A stretch of 64,000 nucleotides of DNA from Podarcis gaigeae (Eukaryota), in assembly GCA_964106915.2 (NCBI GenBank), contig OZ066916.1; one strand, 5' to 3'. Numbering within the stretch: position 1 is the first letter of the stretch; each line of letters opens with the position of its first letter. The translations under genes and the position numbers were made by a program. This document shows, piece by piece, positions 50,361 through 62,411 of the stretch. The notes below the pieces were generated by a model. It was given only the letters and a program-made list of their open reading frames with translations, searched no databases and was not told the origin of the DNA.

Positions 50361-53300
50361 AAGTCAGGTAAGTGCCTCCACCTTCTGGTTCTATACTCCA
50401 CATGATCAGAGCTCTAATCAAAGAGGAAACAACCTACACATGAAGAGCACAGCTTTAGACATGCTCCCCTAAAGCATAGACATCTGGGGAGGTGGGGGGG
50501 GGGGAAGGGCCAGCAGTCAGAGACCCACTCATGGAGGCTTACCTTAAATTTATCACCTCTCTGAAAGTCTGTTCAGTGCCAAGTCATTATTTCAGGTGAA
50601 AACTCACATGGTGGAATACTCCCCTCATGGAGGAAAAAAGAATATTCAAATATATACAGAAACCAAACCCTGTCAGAGGCGCCCCACTGATAATCATCAG
50701 ATTTGAGGGGGATAATGGCACCTATTGTTGCCCCACTGTCCCAAGTTGGGAAGAAGAGAGCTCAGAAAAAGCTGCTTCTTACGCCTTATGTTTCACCTCC
50801 CCGCTGTGTGTGGCTTTCAGAGGGAGAGAGTGGTGTTATTAGCTGATGTTCTAAGGCTAGATGAGTATCCCCATCTGCAGGTCCTAGTGTGCACCAAAAG
50901 GCACAGAACTGCATAGAAGGATATTGTCATGCTCGCCTGAATAACCCAGACGTTGGCTCTGCATTGGGGGTAGAAAGAACTGTAATTCTAGAACGGGGTG
51001 GGGGGGAGGGTGCTGAAAACATTTCAAAATTAATTACTGCCTTGTAGAAACAAGTAAACCAGTCTGGATTTAGCTGGGAGGGTTTACACGTTTTTATCAA
51101 ATTACAGTGCTTTGGGCTGCTAGGAGATACATCTAAAACAGCAAGCTTCTTTCAGTTTTATACCCATTTAACAGACACGGTCCCTCCCCACCAAGAATTA
51201 CAGTTTCTAGGGTTCCTTTGAGGGAAAGAACTGTTTTAAAACCAGTCTGTAGCAGGGCAAAAAACCCAATGTCTGTGTTGTTTTATGAGATACCAATATT
51301 TTGGTTTTGTTGCAACCTATAATAAAAACAGGAGCCAGCTAGAAGCTGAAAAGCAGTAATCATTTCAGATCTGCATGCAAAAAAAAAAAAAGGTCAAACC
51401 AACTATACTGGACTAGTCTCAATGACTTCTGTGGTCAGTGATTTGGGAATTGTGGCCTTAGGTTAGAACCAACCATAAGTATAAGTCAGACATTTGAGGT
51501 CATGTATGGATTGGAATGTTGGTTTGGATTTCGACACATTCAGTTAAACCACATTTTATCCTTCAACACAGATTTCCAAAGGCTCCCAAGCAACTTGAAC
51601 GAGATAGATAAATGTTACCCTCATACATACTTGATGCATATCCCATCAGAGTGGCACACGCTACTCCCAAGTTGCATGCATTCAGTTTGTACTCTTGCAT
51701 GCCATGAGAGCATCGTGGTGCTATGTCCACAAGTAGTCCTTTACTTTACTGTCTTCGGCTGTAGCCAGGATAATGTTATGGAGCTGAAGTCTCCAGCAGG
51801 ACCTCCCGCAACAGATCAAATGGGGAAGTGGCACAGCACAACCACCACCCTCCTCCATGGAATATTAAGAAAGAATGGAGCATGCAAAAGGTCTGAAATC
51901 TGCTCCAGTGTATCAAAGGCTTGTCTTGAAACACATCCACAATGAGAGGCCACATGTGCCCCTCACCAGGATTTGTAAACATATTGCCTAAATGCAGTTT
52001 ACCCTAAGTCTCTTCTTAACCTAAAGTATTTTTTTTCTTTAAACACTATTTATTGGCACTGCCAGGATAAATATGCTGCACATAGATTGCTAGAGGCTGC
52101 ATCCTGGAAATTTCATTCGTGACATTTTTTGAGCATCATCAATGAACATGGCACTTCATAGCATAAGAACACAGAAGAAAAGGAAAGGTCCAGGCCCCAG
52201 GGTGTATGCAGGGGGTGGAATCTAATAGTAGGGAGAAAACAGAAGCAGCAGAGTTTTGGATAGTGGTGATGGCACCGAGATGTGACAAGGCAAGGCTAGA
52301 GAGAAGGGTGCAGTTGTCAACAACAGAGATGACCAAAGTTTAAACAGACTTGAAGCTTCCAAAACTGGATGCAGCAAATTACAATCTATACAGAATAAGA
52401 TCCTGGAAAAGTCCCATCAGCACAAATCCACAGTGCTGGCAATATTAGCTACTACCTCCCTCTGGATGCAGCAGCAACAGTACATAGGTTTTTTCCATCA
52501 GCTATGCAGATTAAGAACAGATATGCAAAAATTCTCATATATGTGTAAGAATCAAGAGGGTCCATACAAGTTACCAGACTACATTTTTACTCTTGTATGA
52601 AAATTTATGAGCATTCAGTGCTGCCCAGTACAATGCTAATTGTGTGGTTAACAAATCTCAATGAAGAGTTTTGAGTGGAAGAATGTGATGGATGAGTTCA
52701 TGGATAAATTAAGGAGAGGTTTTCTTTGCTCTATTTCTATTTCCCCAGCCAGCAATGGTTTGCTGTGCACATGTTTGATCTGAATATCCCCTCCTTCACA
52801 GCAGCAAAGCATGGGGAGAGGGCTTTCCCACCTCTCCTTTCCTTTGGGCCAAAGGTGGGGAACCTGTTACACTCCAGCTGTTGTTGGATTACAACTCCCA
52901 TCATCTTTGACCACTGGCCATGTACCTTGGGCTGTTGGGAGTTGGGAATCCAGCAAAATCTGAAGGGCTCTAAGTTCCCTATCCCAGCTTTAGGTAGACT
53001 GTTCACCACTGGTGTTGCCACTGAAAAGGAATAATAATAATACTAATAATCTGAGAGGTTGAAAGGAGAGAAGGGAAAACCCTTCACCTATTTAAAGTAT
53101 GTTATGTGTGATGTTGTGTGTGATGGCAGCATAGGGATGAGGAACCTATGGCACTCCAGATGTTGCTGGACTTCCACCATATGGAGAGCCAGAGGTTAGT
53201 CCCACCCCTGGGACAGTGGATATGCCAGGGGTCATTCAGCACTGCCTGAGATGAGAAAGGGAAATCCCAGGTTAGAGATTTTCTTTCTCCTTTATGAGCA

Positions 53301-53653
53301 CACGTTCTAAACCAGGACTAAGACCTCTGAGGCTCTGGCATGAAGATTCCAAGTTACTAATCTGACAACACTTACTGTGAGGACCACAGCCAGCACTGTC
53401 CTTAGCCTCAAGGAGCCACTTGCCTCAGGTGGCAATGTGAGAGAGACATCAGAACGACATGCACACACCCTCCCTCATATGCCCAAGGCCCTCCTGGACC
53501 ACCAGAATGAGTGTGACTATTTGCATGCTTTCTGAGTTCCTGGTGCCAGCAGCTGCCTGGCCAGGCACTTTGGCATGACCTCAAGAGACTTGGGATCAAT
53601 TCTCTGCAGCACCTGCAGTAAACAGCCATTGCCGGCACTGGGGAACAATAGCC

Positions 53654-53789
53654 CAGAGTTTCCCAAACTTGGGTCTTCAGCTTTTTTTGGATTACAATTC
53701 TCATCATCCCTAACCACTGGTCCTGCTGGCTAGGGATGACAGGAGTTGGGTCACCAGCTGTTGCTGGACTACAAGTTTGGAAAAACCTG
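53654..53789. mobile_element. Palindromic hAT-type MITE
   Basis: Same core as 28767; TSD caatagcc/caatagct (7/8). Confidence 0.8.
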
Positions 53790-54529
53790 CAATAGCTTTA
53801 TCCCAGGCAGCAAACCAGCTTTGAGGTGCCTTGCTGGAGGCCAGTCTCCTCTGTGTGAGAAAGAATGGCAGGAATGTCATGTTAATTCTAGGGATCCGGT
53901 TATTGCTCCCTACACGGGAGCAAGTGCGATGCCCCACATGTTTGACTCATTAGGAAAGACTTCCCACCTTCCTCACCCATTTAGCCCCACCACCATTCAG
54001 ACAAAGATGCACAGGTAGCCAGATTCTGTTGGAGTACTTTATTTTATAAAGGGTTTGTTTTTTAAGAAGAGAAGGGGGGGGGGGACTGTGCATGTGTCTA
54101 TTATGTATTCACAGTACAAAGCAAAGCAATTAAGCATCAGGAGGGTGTGTGCGAACGCTCCAGGGTTTCTCTGGCTTATTAAGGAGAAGGTTCAAGTTTG
54201 TACAGGTGTTCTCCTTCTCCCGGGAGGGAGGGAAAAAGGAAAGGAGGCCACGGGAGGGCAGAGGCCAGCTTCTGGTTGCAAGGAGACATCCAGTGTGGAC
54301 AGCACACTGGGAAGACAACAGAGAAGAGGAAGGAGAGTGGAGCTACTCAGCTGGAGTTGCTCTCTGGAAGTAAACAAACCACAGAAAGGAAGGAAAAGGA
54401 CGGAGGGAGGGAGAGAGAGAGAGAGGAAAGGGTGTATTGGTGAAGCACTCACACTTAGAGAGAAATTGTTTCCTTCTTTAATTCTGCACCATCACTTTTT
54501 TCCAAGGAATAAAGGAAGGAATGACTTAC

Positions 54530-54599
54530 CTTCAGCCTCTGTCACACAGAGGAGAAGAGCACACAGGGCAGCAACTGCTGCAGGAAGCCTCGTCTTCAT
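54530..54599 (-). CDS. COL12A1: COL12A1 exon 2 coding part: start codon and signal peptide MKTRLPAAVAALCALLLCVTEAE (whole exon 54530-54634)
   Basis: acaATG context, basic-hydrophobic-AxA-like signal peptide, AAG|gtaagt phase-1 donor; polypyrimidine ccaatag acceptor at 54635. Confidence 0.95.
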
Positions 54600-54807
54600 T
54601 GTTGTCGGTTTGGATCACAACCACATGAATGAATCTATTGGAAGAAAAAGAAGGAAGAGAATCAGCATACATTTCTTTCAGTAGTTTAAATGGATGAAGA
54701 GAAGAAATCACATAGCACCAGAAGGGAAGCTGCTGAGCACTGAGCAGCTACTATACACCTCTGTTCCCTCTTAGCTCTTTTTTTTTACCCAGTGTTATAC
54801 ATAAGAT

Positions 54808-55156
54808 GGGACGCGGGTGGCGCTGTGGGTTAAACCACAGAGCCTAGGACTTGCCGATCAGAAGGTTGGCGGTTTGAATCCCCACAATGGGGTGAGCTCC
54901 TGTTGCTCAGTCCCAGCTCCTGCCAACCTAGCAGTTCGAAAGCACCTCAAAGTGCAAGTAGAGAAATAGGTACTACTCCGGCGGGAAGGTAAACGGCATT
55001 TCCGTGCGCTGCTCTGGTTTGCCAGAAGCAGCTTAGTCATGCTGGCCACATGACCCGGAAGCCGTACGCTGGCTCCCTCGGCCAAGAAAGCAAGATGAGT
55101 GCCGTAACCCCAGAGTTGGCCACGACTGGACCTAATGGTCAGGGGTCCCTTTACCT
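54808..55156 (+). mobile_element. Full-length Sauria SINE in intron 1
   Basis: gggacgcgggtggcgctgtgg head, cctttacct tail, 13-bp TSD ttatacataagat (54795-54807, 55157-55169). Confidence 0.93.
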
Positions 55157-58100
55157 TTATACATAAGATATGGATCACATCTCTATTTGAAAGTGCTTTA
55201 ATGATCAGCTGGGGTTTTCCCCTGCTTCATGCACACTGCCACCATACATACTATGTTCCCTTTAAATATCCATAATGTCTTGCCAGCTAGAGCCAAGCTA
55301 GAAGATATATTAGCTATGTATCGATGCCCACAAGTGCAGGGAATTTTCACTAGAACTGGGGGCAGGGGAAACAATCCAAGATGGCTATGTATGCCTTTGA
55401 ATACCAGCTCTGAGAATCACTATTGAGGAGAGTGCTGTTGCCCTCGGGTCCTCCATCTTCCTATAGACATCTGGTTGGCCACTGTGAAAACAAGACGTTG
55501 GACTAGAAGGGCCTTTGGCATGATGTAGCAGGGCTCTGGAGGGAGTAGGTAACCCCTCTATCCCCAGGCTTCAGTTCCCATCTAGATTAGGATGCCATAT
55601 CTTCAATTTGCATTGGCAGTGGGGTGGGGTGGGGAAAATTCCTGTCCTTCCAACTTGCCTGTTCATCCCATCTGATCTACTACTGGCAGTGCAAAACCAT
55701 CATCCATGTCAATTTCACGCAGTCTTTTGTAAAAATAAGTATTTGAAGTGACCAGAAAGTGGCATAAGGGAGAAGATCTGCTGAAAGTTACATGAATTGG
55801 TTTCCAGCTGTGCAGTGGTAGATTTAGGGGAGCACAACCAGTTTGGGGAGCATCAGGGGAACCTCAGTAGCACTGCAGTGGATGCTGCAGAGGACCCCAG
55901 AACGATTATTTAGAATGGAGCGTGAGAAGAGAAAAGACACTGAATTCTGGTGTCACACAGGGCGCCGCTGAAATTTGAGTCCCCAAAGTGTGCCACTGAG
56001 CTACATGATGAATGATTAATAGATAAACTCTCGTGGACAGATCAGAGACCAGCAATGTATGGCTCAAGGGCCAGATTTCATGCAGGTGGGGAGAGCCAGG
56101 AAGGAGAGGAGGAGGGAAATATGGAGTGAAGCTGAAACAGACTGAGTGAGGAAAGAAAGTCTTCTTTAAGTAGTAAGTTTAGGCTTTTTGGCAAGAGCAA
56201 CCTGTCCCTCTTTGGCAGCCTTGTAGGTGGTAGGAAGATGGAGAGACAGAGAGAGAAGGAAGTATCAGAAAGAAAGAGAAAGAATGAGACAAAAAGGAGA
56301 GAAAGGTGGGCCCCACCCAGTTTTGACTCTGGCCATGCCCACTTCTGGTTTTTCCCACCACAACCCCAAGCCTCCTGACAAATTATCTCCAGAGAAATGT
56401 AGAGGTTCTGTAGCCCTCAGTGTTGAGAAAGACAGGCATCCTTTAGGGAGCGGTATAGAAGGGCTGGAGCATATCCTTAGGAGGCATGGGAGCCTGAAAG
56501 CAGGATTTGGTGCTTGTTTGTTTTCCCTTTTCCCTTCCACTTCCCTTCTCTTTCAAAAAACTTTGCCCACTAGAATGGCTGGAGGGTAATTCATTCTTAG
56601 GGAGGCAGAAGTGTGTGGGCAAAAATGTCTAGCTTATAAAATGCAACGCCTGTTAAAAGAAAGTGACCAAAGAGGCTATTAAATGGAAGACACATCCTCC
56701 CAAGCATACACAACTTCTGCTTTTTTAAAGAAGTGCTTTGCAACTGACACCAATATCCCAGAAAAACAGGCATGCAACTTCCTGACATGGTCATCTATAG
56801 ATTTTCTAAAAAACAGACACGAGCAAGAAGCATTTTTTGCCCTTCACACATGCACACCAACAATAGGGGAGATAACTGAAAGCACTTCAACTGGCATGCA
56901 TGAAATCCGTGGTCTTGGAAGTGGTGGGGGATTCCATCTGTATCCTCCTTCCTACCCCTGACCCAGAGCAAATGTAGAGGCCAGCCGTGAGTTCCAGCAA
57001 CTGCTAATTCAGAAGTTTCATCTCTCTCCCAGCCTTCCCCTTCACTGGCTCCAATTCAGCTGGGAATTTTATTTGGCTCCTTTTTCGTAACTGTTGAAGC
57101 ACTTAAGGATGACTTTAGAAGTCTAGGGTAATTTGGAAACTGCAATAAAAACACTCTGCCTACAAATATGCAGCTCCTTTATCCTGTCCCCCTCGCCTGC
57201 CTGCAGTAAGGTCTGAAACAAATTATACACAAGGGGATGTAACATACCAGTGAAACCCAACGCCTAGGTCTAGCACCCCTCTGACGCAGCAGCTTGATTG
57301 GGGGTTTTTTGTTCAGACAGATGCAGAGAAAGGAAGAGAACTCTAAAAACACAGGATGGAGGTGAGCAACAGAAGATGTATTTGGTCTAGAAATATGCAG
57401 TTGGCTGCAAATCTACAAACCACTTAACTCTACTTATTCCTTTGAACAGTTCTGAAAGAAGTCATTAACTAGCCCTACTTATTGTTAACGGAGCGTTCTG
57501 TGTGTATTCCAAGCAAGCAAGAGAAATGTGCGGAATTCAGCAAAGGGCGTGGAATTCAGAAGCTTTACAAATCTCAGATTTCACTTTTAACCAAAAGAAA
57601 AAAGTGGTTGGCGGGGTGTTGTTTTGGCTGAAAACACAGACGCAAAACTGTGGGTCCCGTGGTCTGATAAAATCTCCTGAGGAGAAGGGAGAGAAAGCCT
57701 TAAGAGGATGTCTAGTAGCCAAGGTACATTGCATTGCTCTTCCCTGCATCCAGCAAAACATATTTTCAAAGTAAGAAAATCTATGCAAATATTACATTTG
57801 TGTAATTTATACCGGTTGCAGAACTCAGAATTTTGCACTGAGGCAGAACATACTGTATACTAAGAAGGGTTTTGGGGGGGGGTATAGGGGAGTTAAGTGA
57901 TGCTTTTCCTTGTCAATACTTGATTTATCGATCTATTGTAGGCTGGGTGGCACCCGCAACACATTTGCCACATTATAAATGTTTAAAAGCAGCAGTAAAA
58001 TATATATTTTAGCATCAAGGAGATTTTTGTATTTCCTCTCTGGAAAAAAGCTATATGGGTGGTTTTTAAAAATCTACTTGCTTAAGACCTGCGAGATTGG

Positions 58101-59649
58101 AAGATCCAGCACAGACTCTAAATCCACAGTGATCAATGCTGCAGTCCAGTGCACACTTACTTGGGAGTAAGTCCCATCCATAGGACCAGGTTGGCAGTGT
58201 GCCTAATTCTGCATTTAACTGTAGCCTTCCTACTGGGCCTTGAGCCAAAGTTCATTGTCCTGATAGGCAAATCTAGTCAAGTTTAATGGTCTTGCAGAGT
58301 TTTCAGAGCATCCTTGTCTTCACTCTGAAGCAATACAAGGGAGCCAATAAGGGGGGTGGGGTGTTGAGTGGTATAAACCCCTGAAACTTTCGCACACAAG
58401 TCTAGACTAAAAGGCTCTTACATAGCCCAAAATGAGAAGCGGAGACGTTTGTATCCCGTATAAACGAAACATCCGAGATCTGGTGTATTTTTTTAAAAAA
58501 AATAGGAAATACCCAACAGCAACTTTTAGCTTCAGCTTTTCGTTTACCCATTCCCGCGAGAAGGAAAGGCGCGAGTAATTAAGCAATAGACTTGAATCAC
58601 TTATAGCGCTGCCAAGACCAAACCACAAAGCAAAACAGTTGGCGTAAATCATTAGGCGATTAACAGCTCAGGAGGAAGAAATATTTTCTGGGCTATGGAA
58701 AGAGATGTTTTGTTTTGTTCTCTTAAACACACACAGCCAGAAGGTACGTTTAATCGCTCTGCGAAACTGACAAGACTCGACAATACCTTCCCAGTTCCTG
58801 CCCGAGACCTGACGCTCAACAGAAGCGCACAGGCAGCAGAAGCGCCCGCTCGACGGATGCTTTTAAATATATATAAATATACCCCCACCCCAATATACAC
58901 ACACGCGGTGCTAATGCAACCGAGAATCTCTCGCTTCTGTAGCAGCCAGCCAACGTGAGCGATCTTGTTCGTTGCTCTTCTCGCTGCCTACCTGCATACA
59001 TGCACGCGCACGCTCTCCTCTCCAGCGCTCCACTCGTGAGCGCGTCTGCTCCTCGGCCGGTGCGCACCCAGCAGGCATTTAAAGCAGCGAGCTCGAAGGA
59101 GGACGCGGCTTCTGTCCGGGGTGTGTTTTCTGAGCTTCCAGCGCCACCTGCCGGGCAGAAGCAGCAACGCAGCTACTCGCCCCCCAAAGAACCCGAGCGG
59201 AGCCAAAGCATTATAAGGAGATATATTCCCAGCGCCCCCAACCCGCCCCGGCCGCTCCTTCCAGACTGAAGTTCCCACCACCAACACCCTTCGAAAACGT
59301 TTCTCTTTTTAGTTTGGCCAAAACGCTGATCCGATCGCTTAGCAACAGTTTCGCTGACTTTTCTGCTTTCCACTGCACAATTTATGAGCTGCCTTTCTTG
59401 AGTTGGCAGCAGCCAAGAAACGCCGCCGCTCTGAATTTATTTCAGTTTATTTGCAGTCACCCGGACCTTGAGAAAAAAGAAGCAGCAGAAGCAGATCTCT
59501 TTCAGACGCGTCGATCCCCGGCCAGAGAATCATTTCGCACACAATGAAAACAAAACGCAATCTTGCACACACAAAAACTCGAGTCCAAACCTGCAAACGT
59601 GAGCGATTGCCCCCACAACAAAACTACCAACTGGAAAGGAGAAACTTAC

Positions 59650-59850
59650 ATATAAGGAGCTGTTACCCAGCCAGAGAAGGCGCGGTATGAGGGCGAGAGA
59701 GAGACAGAGAGGCAGAGAAAGAGCTTCCGACGCCCAGCCAGTGTGAAGCAGTTGGGATTTCCCTTGCCCACGTCGAGGGGGATTCCTTGCCCACCCCCAA
59801 CTCCCACTCAGCTTGATAAAAATGGGGCGCAGGAACTAAAGATCCCCAGG
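59650..59850 (-). other. COL12A1: Probable non-coding exon 1 of COL12A1 (5' end approximate)
   Basis: Exon 2 starts with a splice acceptor so an upstream exon is required; AT|GTAAGT donor at 59649 in the CpG island; minus-strand TTTAAAAAG near 59871-59879 and CCAAT near 59926-59930. Confidence 0.55.
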
Positions 59851-61137
59851 GACAAACGATGCGCGCCTTTCTTTTTAAACGCCACTATTCTAAGCAATCG
59901 CCAACGGAGAGAAAAAGGCAGCAAACCAATAACTATTTGCGTGTGCAGCCTTTTCGGAGCCCAGAACTGCAGAAGCAAGAGCTGATGAGAAGCCGTCGGA
60001 TGCCACGCTCGTATTTGATTCCCTCCCTCCTGAATCATCTGCCCTTTAGGGGGAAAGCTGACCGGAGACCCTCGACGACCTCCTGCCATCAAATCCGAGG
60101 ACATCGCCCCCCCCCCCGTGCGCGCGCGCCCTATAAAATCCACGCTTCCACCGCAGGGAGCCCGCGCGCTCCGGCTCGCCCGCGCCGCCAGCCCCGGCGC
60201 ACCAGCAGCGCCTCTCGGCTGGGGCGCCTTCGCGCGCGGGCTGCTGCTGCAAGGGCTCGGCCGGCACGAGGCGAGAAAGGGCTCCCTCTCCGCCGCGCGC
60301 GCACAGACCTGGGCTGGCAGGGCTGGCGGGGAGGGCGGCGGCGACGGAGCCGGCTTCAGGAAGGAGGCAGCAGCGGAGGGAAAAGGTCCTGGGCACCTTG
60401 AGGCAGGGCGCGGTGGCGGCGTCGAGAGGAGCGGCTGCTGCTGAGGCGGCGGCTGCTGGGCTGCGAGGGGTCGCTCCGTCCGGCAAGCCTCGCCTTCTCC
60501 GAGTGGGAAGAGCCTCTCGCCAAGCGCGCTCCTTAAGAGAGGGCTGCTCCCAACTCTGCGCTCGCCTCTCGTAAGCGGTTACGAAACGGCGGCGGGAAAA
60601 GGTGGACGGCTGCCACGGGATGAGCTAGGCGCTCCTCTCCTCTCCCCTCTCCTCGCTAGTAGGGGAAGAGCGAGCAGCGCCCGCTCGCCTGCTTGGAAAG
60701 GGGCGCATACCTCGCCGCATTCCTGAGGCATGAGGAGTCCCGCGCGAGCGCAGCCGCAGCCCCCGCCGCGGAAGGGCTCGCGGGGAGGGGGCAAGGAGGG
60801 GGGAGGCAGGCAGGCGCGGGGGGCGGGGGCGGGGAGGGGGCAGCGGCCGCCCAGCCAAGAACACACGTAGCTGCTGCTTTCCGGGCTCCTCCGCGCCCCA
60901 GCCAAGCAGCAGCAGCAGCCGCGCGGCAGTGGCTTCTGGCTGAGGCGGGGGCCGGATGGGAGCCCAGGGCAGAGAAGCAGCCAGCCGCTGGCTGGGGACC
61001 TCCGGCGCTTAGCTCGCACCCGGGAGGCTGGCGGGGGGGGGGGATGTCCCTGAATCCACAAGAGGAAAGATGTGGACTTCACTGAGAGAAGTTTGAAGTG
61101 GAAATACTTGCGGGAAATTGAAGTGACCCTGAATTTC

Positions 61138-61190
61138 TTTATTATTATTATTACTACTACTATTATTATTATTATTATTATTATTATTAT
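61138..61190. repeat. (ATT/ACT)n trinucleotide microsatellite
   Basis: Read directly; explains the poly-Ile/poly-Asn ORFs. Confidence 0.93.
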
Positions 61191-62242
61191 GCGCGAGGGG
61201 ATTATTTCGTATGGGGAGCTCACGCATTCGGGAGTCAAGGGGTGTGAGCCACGCGCCTTTCTAGAAAGTCCAAAGTCTCCTTGGGCATTCACAAGTTCTG
61301 CAAACTCGCGGGTGCGAAATTGAGTCAAAAGCCGTCATCTGTACTTGGTGAGCGGGCCGTCCCAAGCGCACAGGATTGCATTCCCTGGTATCGGGGAGAG
61401 AGGGGGGAAAAACCCTCACTCGAGTGTGAAATTTGCAGGGAACCCGGAGAATGCTGTTCTCATGCGGCGAAATTAAACGTTGAGGGACGCCCTGAGGAGA
61501 GACCAAAACGCACGAGGTTTTCTCATCTCCGCCCTCTTTCACACGTTGCTCCCCCATTTCTAACCAGTGTATACTAATCCTTCTACTGCAAGGCCGCCCT
61601 TCACTCACCCACCCTTGAAGTCATCACCTATAAAAAATAAACAAACGCAACTCAGGAAGCGGCTGCCCAGTGCATTTCTTTGGCTGAAACTGGCGCGCTG
61701 CAGCTGAAGTTCTTGGATTCCTGTCGACTCGCAAGTCCCACGGGGGAGGGAGCGGGGCTTCCACCCGACTTAAATCTTCATTTAGTTTAGTTTGAGGCGG
61801 AAGGAGAAGGAAGGAGTAGCAGGAATGCAACGTCCAAGTTTGACCAGCCATCATTTCCTCAGACCCTGGAATGTGGCGCCTCGCCTCCCGCGCCTTTCCT
61901 CGGAGGGAGAGCGCGCTTCTGCTCGCCGGCACGTGGGCCGGCCGGGCAGCCCGGGATTTTGGGCGGGAAAGAGCCTGACGAGAGGAGCTGCGCGAAGCCC
62001 GACATTCGTGGAAGTTTGGGGGGGAGGGCGAAGCCTTCCGAGAGCGCTTCTAGTCATCAGCTCAGCAAAGCACACCGGGCAACCCAGTCAGATGGGCGGG
62101 GTACAAATAATAAAAACACTATTATTACTACTACTACTACTTGACAGCCCTTCGTGCGATTTTTACAGCCCATTCGGGGAGGGGGGTCTTTCCTTCCACA
62201 GCAAAGCATTAGAAAAACCAAAAAAGTATCGTCCTCAAAAAA

Positions 62243-62411
62243 AGGTGCCTCACACCGAATCAGTCCGTCTGGTTCAGTATTGCGTCCACTAACTGGCAGC
62301 TGCTCTCTGTGGGTTCCGACAGGGGACATTTCCCAGGCCGACCTGGAAATGCCGGGGATTGAATCTGGGTGCTGCAGAACAGATGCTCTGCCGCTGAGCT
62401 ACGACCCTTCC
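62243..62411 (-). mobile_element. tRNA-derived squamate SINE
   Basis: Minus strand GGAAGGGTCGTAGCTCAGCGGCAGAGCATCTG...GATTCAATCCCCGGCA (A/B-box-like) continuing into a non-tRNA body GAGAGCAGCTGCCAGT...CAATACTGA. Confidence 0.7.

Noticed and set aside
744-54599. Alternative identity as COL14A1, or a pseudogene
   Set aside because: Domain order FN3-vWA-FN3-vWA-6xFN3-vWA and the peptides fit collagen XII; frame and all splice sites are intact.
54055-54684. 209-aa plus-strand ORF antisense to exon 2
   Set aside because: Non-ATG start, built from purine-rich low-complexity sequence, no homology I recognise.
59403-59416. TTGGC-AGCA-GCCAA palindrome resembling an NFI site
   Set aside because: Spacer is 4 nt rather than the canonical 5, so not called.
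59859-61328. Long GC-rich ORFs (180 aa, 146 aa, 249 aa) in the CpG island
   Set aside because: Low-complexity Arg/Ala/Pro/Gly and microsatellite-derived poly-Ile; stops are rare in GC-rich DNA; no recognisable domain.
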